This document shows, piece after piece, positions 58,730 through 64,000 of a stretch of DNA of 64,000 nucleotides. Each line of letters opens with the position of its first letter. Positions within the stretch are counted from its first letter, which is position 1. The stretch is from assembly GCA_040902805.1 (NCBI GenBank), contig JBBDWQ010000019.1, positions 65,774 to 129,773 on the forward strand, written 5' to 3'. The notes beneath the pieces were generated by a model. The model did no database searches and had not been told where the DNA came from. It was given only the letters and a program-made list of their open reading frames with translations. A program made the position numbers and the translations under genes. This stretch comes from Acidimicrobiales bacterium. Its GTDB lineage: Bacteria > Actinomycetota > Acidimicrobiia > Acidimicrobiales > VFJN01.

Positions 58730-59650
58730 CTACTCGGCAGCGATCGCAGTCAAGAGTGCTCGGGTGGCGGCCGCGTCGTCGGCCGTGGTGAAGAACTCCA
58801 GTGCCGAGAAGTCGGTGGTCCCAGCCTCCGCGAACGCGGCCAATCCGGCCCGAACCTCGTCCTCCGATCCGATGATCGATACGTCCGCGGGACCGCCCGC
58901 CCCCTCAGTGTCCATGACACCCCTGTACGAGGGCAGATCGTTGTAGCCAGCGAGGATCGAGGCCACGACGCCGCGGACGGCCTCAGGGTCGTCCGTGACA
59001 CAGACAGGCACGCTGGCGACGATGCGCGGCGTCGCGCGGCCCGCTTCGGCGGCGGCCCGATCCAGCGAGGGCTTGATCTGCTCGGCGATGGCCTTCGGGC
59101 CGCTGAGCCAGAGGATCACGCCGTCCGTACGTGATCCGGCTAGGTGCAGCATGCGAGGTCCCATGGCGGCGAGCAGCACTCGTGGCGCGGGAACGGGTGG
59201 ACCTCCGAGCGCCTCGACCTCTGCAGACCAGATGTCGCCGGTGAAGCTCACCTTGCGCTCTGTCAGCGCCGGGAGGAGTACGGACAGGTACTCGTCCATG
59301 TGCTTGGCGGGGGTCGAGAACGGGATCTTGAGGGAGGATTCGACACTCGACTTGTGGGCGAGGCCGATCCCGAGAGCGAGGCGATCGCCAATGGCGTCCT
59401 GCACGGTGAGGGCTTGTCCGGCGAGCATCAGCGGGTGTCGTGGCCAAGTGGGGATGACTGCCGTTCCCAGCTCGATCGTGCTCGTCTGGGTGGCCATCGC
59501 CGCGATCGCTGTTAACGCGTCCGGGGCCCCGAGCTGGGCCAGCCAATAGGAGGTGAAGCCGGCCGCCTCCGCCTCGGCGGCGTGGTCGATGAGCTGGCTG
59601 ACTGGCGCGCCGAGCGCGACGAGGCTGGAGCCGTTGATCCCGATTCGCAT
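58730..59650 (-). CDS. Luciferase-like monooxygenase (LLM) class, probably F420-dependent oxidoreductase
   Basis: Begins MRIGINGSS and carries FTSYWLAQL and a GIGLAHK pattern. ATG 59650 was chosen over the longer ORF start at 59770. Confidence 0.8.
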   Translation of the reverse strand: MRIGINGSSLVALGAPVSQLIDHAAEAEAAGFTSYWLAQLGAPDALTAIAAMATQTSTIELGTAVIPTWPRHPLMLAGQALTVQDAIGDRLALGIGLAHKSSVESSLKIPFSTPAKHMDEYLSVLLPALTERKVSFTGDIWSAEVEALGGPPVPAPRVLLAAMGPRMLHLAGSRTDGVILWLSGPKAIAEQIKPSLDRAAAEAGRATPRIVASVPVCVTDDPEAVRGVVASILAGYNDLPSYRGVMDTEGAGGPADVSIIGSEDEVRAGLAAFAEAGTTDFSALEFFTTADDAAATRALLTAIAAE

Positions 59651-59725
59651 CCGTGCATCATGCCCCGGGTTGCGCGCGTTGCGTCGGTTGGGGACTGGAG
59701 CGGGGGACCTCATAGCCTCACCAAT

Positions 59726-60532
59726 GTGAGCTGGCGCTTTGCACTGACACCCAAGTGGATCGTTCGCCACGCCATGGTCGCGGCACTGATCGCGAGCATG
59801 ATCGCTCTCGGGCTTTGGCAGCTTCGACGCCTCGACGAGAAGCAGACCTACAAGGCGCTGGTCGAGTCCCGGCAGGAGCAGCCGATCGATGAGATCACCC
59901 GAGTTGTGCCCCGGACGGACGCCGTCGACGACGTGCGGGTTACGGAGGTCCTCTACCGGCGGGTGCGGGCCACAGGCACCTACATGACGAAGGACACCGT
60001 CGTGGTGGAGAACCGGACATTCAACGCGGCGCCGGGGGCGTGGGTCCTCACGCCACTCCGCTTGAAAGACGGTTCAGCGGTCGTAGTGAACCGAGGGTTC
60101 ATCGGGTACGGGCGTGCGGGTCTGATCGTCCCCCCTGCGCCTCCGGGAGGGCAGGTCACCGTCGAGGGGTTCGTGTTCCCGAGTCAGGCCCGCGGACGGT
60201 TCGGCCCGACCGATCCAACCGAGGGCCGACTCGAGGTCTTGGCCCGCGTGGAGCTGGGCCGCTACGCAGCCCAGCTCGATTACGACATCCTTCCGGCCTA
60301 TGTGCAGCTGGTGTCGAGTCAACCGGCCGAGCCGCCGGTCGCTGCCGGTGTGCCGGAGCTGGTCGCGCTTGGGCCCCCCGATCCGGATGACGGCCCGCAC
60401 CTGTCCTACGCGGTGCAGTGGGGGATCTTCACGGCCATCGCCTCGGGCGGTTACGTACTGGTGCTGCGTCGCGTGGCCCGGGACGAAGCCAAGCTCCGCA
60501 CCGGAGGGCAGGAAGGGTCCGGGAGCGGCTAA
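59726..60532 (+). CDS. SURF1-family (cytochrome oxidase assembly) membrane protein
   Basis: Has an N-terminal TM segment plus LWQLRRLDEK, a VNRGF motif, and a C-terminal TM segment with HLSYAVQW. Start is GTG 59726. Confidence 0.75.
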   Translation: MSWRFALTPKWIVRHAMVAALIASMIALGLWQLRRLDEKQTYKALVESRQEQPIDEITRVVPRTDAVDDVRVTEVLYRRVRATGTYMTKDTVVVENRTFNAAPGAWVLTPLRLKDGSAVVVNRGFIGYGRAGLIVPPAPPGGQVTVEGFVFPSQARGRFGPTDPTEGRLEVLARVELGRYAAQLDYDILPAYVQLVSSQPAEPPVAAGVPELVALGPPDPDDGPHLSYAVQWGIFTAIASGGYVLVLRRVARDEAKLRTGGQEGSGSG

Positions 60533-62670
60533 CGGTCCGAGTTCGGTGGGGTGTCCGCGTCCCCGCGCTGGCGCGGTGCGGGGCTCTTGCTCGCCACCTT
60601 CTTCTTGCTCACTGCCGTCTTGGTTGTTGCCTTAGTGGCAGCACGCGGCTTCTTCGCGGCTCCGGGTTTGGCGTTGGCCTGTGTGAGCTGCAGTGCGATC
60701 GTGGCGGCCCGTTCGGAAGCGACAGCCGCTCCGTCGACGCGCTCGGTGAGCATGCTCAGCTGCTCGCGCAAGGCTGCGAGGTCTGGCGCCACCTGCTCAT
60801 GCACGAGCGCTCGCGTCTCGGCGGGCGACGGCAGCGCGGCCATGCGCTCCGCGATCACGCGAACCTGGGCTCCCTGCGAATCAAGTTGGGCCAGCACGTT
60901 GACCGTCGACTCGGCCAGAGCGGTTGCGACGGCCTCGAGCTGGGAAGCGCCCGCCGGGCGTACGCGGGTCTCGGAGGTGATCGTTGCGCTGAGCCGGGCC
61001 AGCTGCGCCGCGACGGGACCGAGATCCGGGAGGGGCAAGCCAGCGATCCGATCGTCGATCTCGTGCAGCCGCTCGTGCAGCCGCTCGTGGAGCGGCAGCG
61101 GATCGAGCGGACGGAGCGCGGCGTTGAGTGCTTCGTTCAGGCGTGTCTCGATGTTGCGCAGGCGACCGTCCAATCGCTCGTCAATAGACGCGATCGTCTC
61201 GTCGCCCGCTTCCCGGGCCGCGTTCACCACGGCGCTACGAAGGGTGCCGACTGTCGAGGCGAAGCCGTCGGTGGCTGCGGTGACCCGAGCCACCGCTAGC
61301 GCCTGGGCGTCCGCCGCCTCCCGGCCATCGGTAAGGCTTGCGTCTGCTCGCACCTCGAGGCGGGTGACCGCAGCTCGGATCCCACTGAGCTGGGACTCGA
61401 GCGCCGCGAGCGGCTGAGTCCGATCTGCGACCTCGGCGATCGCGCTGGCGAGAAGAGCGATCTCGCGCTCAACGGTCTCCCGAGTGCTGGCCAGCTCCTC
61501 GATCCGCTCCGTGTGATCCGGTAGGAGCCCGACGCGCTCGTCGAGACGGTCGGTGGCTGCGCCCAACCCGGCCAGGCGGGGAGCGACCGTGGCCGAGAGC
61601 TGGTCGACGGCATCAAGAACGGCCGCCGGATCGGCCGTCGTGCGAATCAACTCCAACGCCGGGCTCAGCACTTCCGCCAGCTGGGCCGGCGTGGGGATCG
61701 CATCGAAGCGGTCAGCCATTGCGGTGCGCAAGCCGTCCAGCTCTGTGGCCAATCGCTGGACCTCCTCGCGTAAGGGGAGGTCGTCGTGGACCGGAATCGC
61801 CTGAACAAGTTCGCCGAGCCTGGCCACTTGGTCGGACACACCCTGGATCTCAGGCGGGGGCGGAAGCGCTTCGACGCTGCGACGAAGGTCGGTGACCTGC
61901 TCGGCTACGCCGGCCACGGAGGACTGCACCGCCGAATCGTCCGGAAACGGCAGATCGCGAACTTGGCTCTGCAATTCGAGCAACTGTGCATGCAGCGGAT
62001 CGAGGTCGACGGGTGGGAGCGCGGCGAGGCCATCGAGCAGCTGTCGAACGTCGGCGTGCATCGGCGCCAGATCGACCATCGGCAACGCGCCGATCTGTGC
62101 TTGGAGCTCGGTCACGCTGGATTGGATCGGTGAGAGGTCCAGTGTGGGTAGCGACGAAAGCGTGTCCCGGATGGACCGCAGCTCCTCGCGCAAATGACTG
62201 TCGTCGGGCGCCGGCAGAGACTCGAGGGCGGCGCCGAGGGCTTCGAGCCGATCGTGGATCGGGCGAAGATCTCGCGTCGCTATGGCGGCGACACGCACGT
62301 GCAGCTGGTCGAGCTGTTCACCGAGTGGTTCGAGGTCGGGGCTGGGTAGTGCGCTGATCTGATCGCGAAGTCGAGTCAGCTGATCCTGGATCGGTTCGAA
62401 CCGGCGGTCGCTCTGCACCTCCGCCAGCGACTGGCGCAGGAGGTCGGCGAGGAGCTCCACGACGGACCCTGTGGTCCTGAGGCGCTCGACCTCGCTGCGG
62501 ATCGATGCCTCCATCTGTGCCATGTGCTGGTCGAAGGCGACGACTCGCGCTTGGCGGCGTAGCTCACCTTCATCCAGCGCCTGCAGCTCAGATCGGAGGG
62601 CTCGGGCGAGGTCGACGACCTCGCCTCCCACCCCCTCGCCGGTCCCGTCCGGACCCTGGCTATCGGACAT
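60529..62670 (-). CDS. Orphan 713-aa helical repeat protein (22-residue Pro-punctuated repeats, Lys-rich C-terminal tail)
   Basis: A long ORF with a coherent, periodic protein sequence and G/C-rich third positions. The alternative + strand ORFs over it give Arg/Ser/Ala junk. No family recognised. Confidence 0.8.
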   Translation of the reverse strand: MSDSQGPDGTGEGVGGEVVDLARALRSELQALDEGELRRQARVVAFDQHMAQMEASIRSEVERLRTTGSVVELLADLLRQSLAEVQSDRRFEPIQDQLTRLRDQISALPSPDLEPLGEQLDQLHVRVAAIATRDLRPIHDRLEALGAALESLPAPDDSHLREELRSIRDTLSSLPTLDLSPIQSSVTELQAQIGALPMVDLAPMHADVRQLLDGLAALPPVDLDPLHAQLLELQSQVRDLPFPDDSAVQSSVAGVAEQVTDLRRSVEALPPPPEIQGVSDQVARLGELVQAIPVHDDLPLREEVQRLATELDGLRTAMADRFDAIPTPAQLAEVLSPALELIRTTADPAAVLDAVDQLSATVAPRLAGLGAATDRLDERVGLLPDHTERIEELASTRETVEREIALLASAIAEVADRTQPLAALESQLSGIRAAVTRLEVRADASLTDGREAADAQALAVARVTAATDGFASTVGTLRSAVVNAAREAGDETIASIDERLDGRLRNIETRLNEALNAALRPLDPLPLHERLHERLHEIDDRIAGLPLPDLGPVAAQLARLSATITSETRVRPAGASQLEAVATALAESTVNVLAQLDSQGAQVRVIAERMAALPSPAETRALVHEQVAPDLAALREQLSMLTERVDGAAVASERAATIALQLTQANAKPGAAKKPRAATKATTKTAVSKKKVASKSPAPRQRGDADTPPNSDR
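61060..61095 (-). repeat. 12-nt tandem repeat x3 (CTCGTGCAGCCG on + strand) encoding HERLHERLHE
   Basis: Two perfect copies plus one copy with 2 mismatches, read directly from the sequence. Confidence 0.7.
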
Positions 62671-62740
62671 GGGGCCGGAGATTAGGGCGCCTCAGCCCGG
62701 TCGGCGACTCATTGTGGTCTTTGGCGCGCGAGTCGCGTTG

Positions 62741-62770
62741 TTGACACTTGCGTGGCTCACTTCTTACCGT
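62741..62770 (+). promoter_or_regulatory. Candidate sigma-70-type promoter (TTGACA-18 nt-TACCGT) driving a leaderless diiron-protein mRNA
   Basis: The -35 element is a perfect consensus and the -10 fits TANNNT. The -10 ends 7 nt before ATG 62778, and there is no Shine-Dalgarno sequence. Confidence 0.4.
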
Positions 62771-62777
62771 CTCGCCC

Positions 62778-63893
62778 ATGAGCACGAACGAAGAGCTGAT
62801 CGGTCGGCAGGACATCGATGACCTCGAGGCAATTCTCGGCGTCACCAACACTGATGTGGGCGAGGTGATCCACGCGGTGAAGGACAACGCCGAAGCGATC
62901 TTCACGTGGGATTACGAGAAGGGCCAGCGCCCGGCGCTCAACCGTCTGTATGAGAAGGCCAAGACCTCGATGTGGAACGGCGAGACCGACCTCCCATGGG
63001 ACACCGAGGTGGATCAGGAGAAGGTGGTTGCCGAGAACGCCATGGCCAACGGTGGCTTCGATGCCGACATCGACGTCGCCGGAACCCCCATGGAGACCTG
63101 GGATGAGCTGAAGTGGCTGGAGTTCGGCATGGAGAGCCAGAACTGGATGTTGAGCCAGTTCATGCATGGCGAGCAGGGCGCACTGGTGTGCACCGCGAAG
63201 ATCGTGGAGACCGTGCCGTGGATCGATGCCAAGTACTACGCGTCCACACAGGTGATGGACGAGGCTCGGCATGTCGAGGTGTTCGCCAAGTACCTCGACA
63301 CCAAGCTGTCCGGTCACTACCCGATCAACGCACACCTCAAGATGCTCCTCGACGACATCCTCGAGGACTCTCGGTGGGACATGACCTACCTCGGCATGCA
63401 GATCATGGTCGAGGGCCTGGCGTTGGCCGCCTTCGGGTTCATGCACCAGATGACGACAGAGCCGCTGCTCAAGAAGCTCCTGCGGTATGTGATGAGCGAT
63501 GAGGCGCGCCACGTCGCCTTCGGTGTCCTGTCGCTCAAGGAGTACTACGCGGAGCTCACTGACGCCGAGATGCTTGAACGCCAGGAGTTCGCCTTCGAGG
63601 CCGCCGTGCGCATGCGTGATCGCTTCTTGCAGCAAGAGGTCTGGGACCGCATGGGCATCGACCCCAAGGTCGCCGCCAAGATGGTCCTGCAGGCCCCTCA
63701 GCGGCAGCTCTTCCAGAGCATGCTGTTCTCGAAGATCGTTCCCAACTGCAAGAAGCTCGGTCTCCTCGATCGCAACGACGGCTGGCTTCGGGGAAAGTTC
63801 ACCGAGTTGGGTGTGATCCAGTTCGAGGACCTCGTCGATACGGGCGAGGAGTACGAGATGTTCGCACTGGCCGAGGGTGAGATCGCGTCGTAA
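62778..63893 (+). CDS. Ferritin-like diiron-carboxylate (oxygenase/desaturase-class) protein
   Basis: The ligand pattern is E...DEARH...E...DEARH (HGEQGA, MDEARHVEVF, MVEGLA, SDEARHVAFG). 371 aa. Confidence 0.8.
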   Translation: MSTNEELIGRQDIDDLEAILGVTNTDVGEVIHAVKDNAEAIFTWDYEKGQRPALNRLYEKAKTSMWNGETDLPWDTEVDQEKVVAENAMANGGFDADIDVAGTPMETWDELKWLEFGMESQNWMLSQFMHGEQGALVCTAKIVETVPWIDAKYYASTQVMDEARHVEVFAKYLDTKLSGHYPINAHLKMLLDDILEDSRWDMTYLGMQIMVEGLALAAFGFMHQMTTEPLLKKLLRYVMSDEARHVAFGVLSLKEYYAELTDAEMLERQEFAFEAAVRMRDRFLQQEVWDRMGIDPKVAAKMVLQAPQRQLFQSMLFSKIVPNCKKLGLLDRNDGWLRGKFTELGVIQFEDLVDTGEEYEMFALAEGEIAS

Positions 63894-63935
63894 CGCGGTC
63901 CCTGCAAAAACGGGCGCGCTGGTAGGGTCCGGACG

Positions 63936-64000
63936 ATGACTGCAGCGTCCGAACCCCGCATGCTGGTGATGCACGGCCTGCGTCTGAAGGGCTTCGCTCA
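63936..64000 (+). CDS. Start of an unidentified ORF (MTAASEPRMLVMHGLRLKGFA..., runs off window)
   Basis: Has ATG 63936 and an open frame to the window edge. It is too short to classify. Confidence 0.3.
   Translation, partial: MTAASEPRMLVMHGLRLKGFA

Overview
A visibly high-GC, very gene-dense chromosomal core segment. Codon third positions are overwhelmingly G/C. About 60 CDS are called, nearly all on the + strand, and many have overlapping stop/start codons. Gene order matches the conserved actinobacterial backbone as I recall it from Mycobacterium and Streptomyces: yloV-recG, rsmD-coaD, yceD-rpmF-plsX-acpP-rnc-fpg-smc-ftsY-ffh-rpsP-KH-rimM-trmD-rplS-lepB, DUF2469-yraN-comM-dprA-xerC-whiG-like sigma-M23 peptidase-rpsB-tsf-pyrH-frr-cdsA-dxr-rseP-ispG-proS-rimP-nusA-ylxR-infB-rbfA-truB-ribF-rpsO-pnp-dapB. 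The source is probably an Actinomycetota genome, possibly Acidimicrobiia-like; this is inference only. By eye I found no rRNA, tRNA, CRISPR array, transposase or prophage. Less conserved content sits in three places: 3.2-7.1 kb (GAF-EAL, membrane protein, Zn-ribbon, PPOX, crotonase); 48.4-51.8 kb (alpha/beta hydrolase plus fused E1 alpha-beta dehydrogenase, inserted between ribF and rpsO); and 55.8-64 kb (His-phosphatase, DedA, acyl-CoA synthetase, LLM oxidoreductase, SURF1, an orphan 713-aa repeat protein and a diiron protein). The most unusual items are as follows. (1) The orphan protein is built from register-perfect 22-residue proline-punctuated repeats and ends in a Lys-rich tail; it is divergently paired with a ferritin-like diiron protein, and both look leaderless. 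(2) The syntenic Fpg has lost its catalytic Pro2 and all three base-flipping residues. (3) A degenerate LytM domain is fused to a Ser-hydrolase downstream of a WhiG-type sigma factor. (4) Several housekeeping genes (rimM, lepB, rnc, ylxR) have conserved N-termini encoded upstream of any ATG/GTG/TTG. (5) Core RNA-machinery proteins carry low-complexity tails. All family calls come from motif recognition in the supplied translations; no database search was possible.
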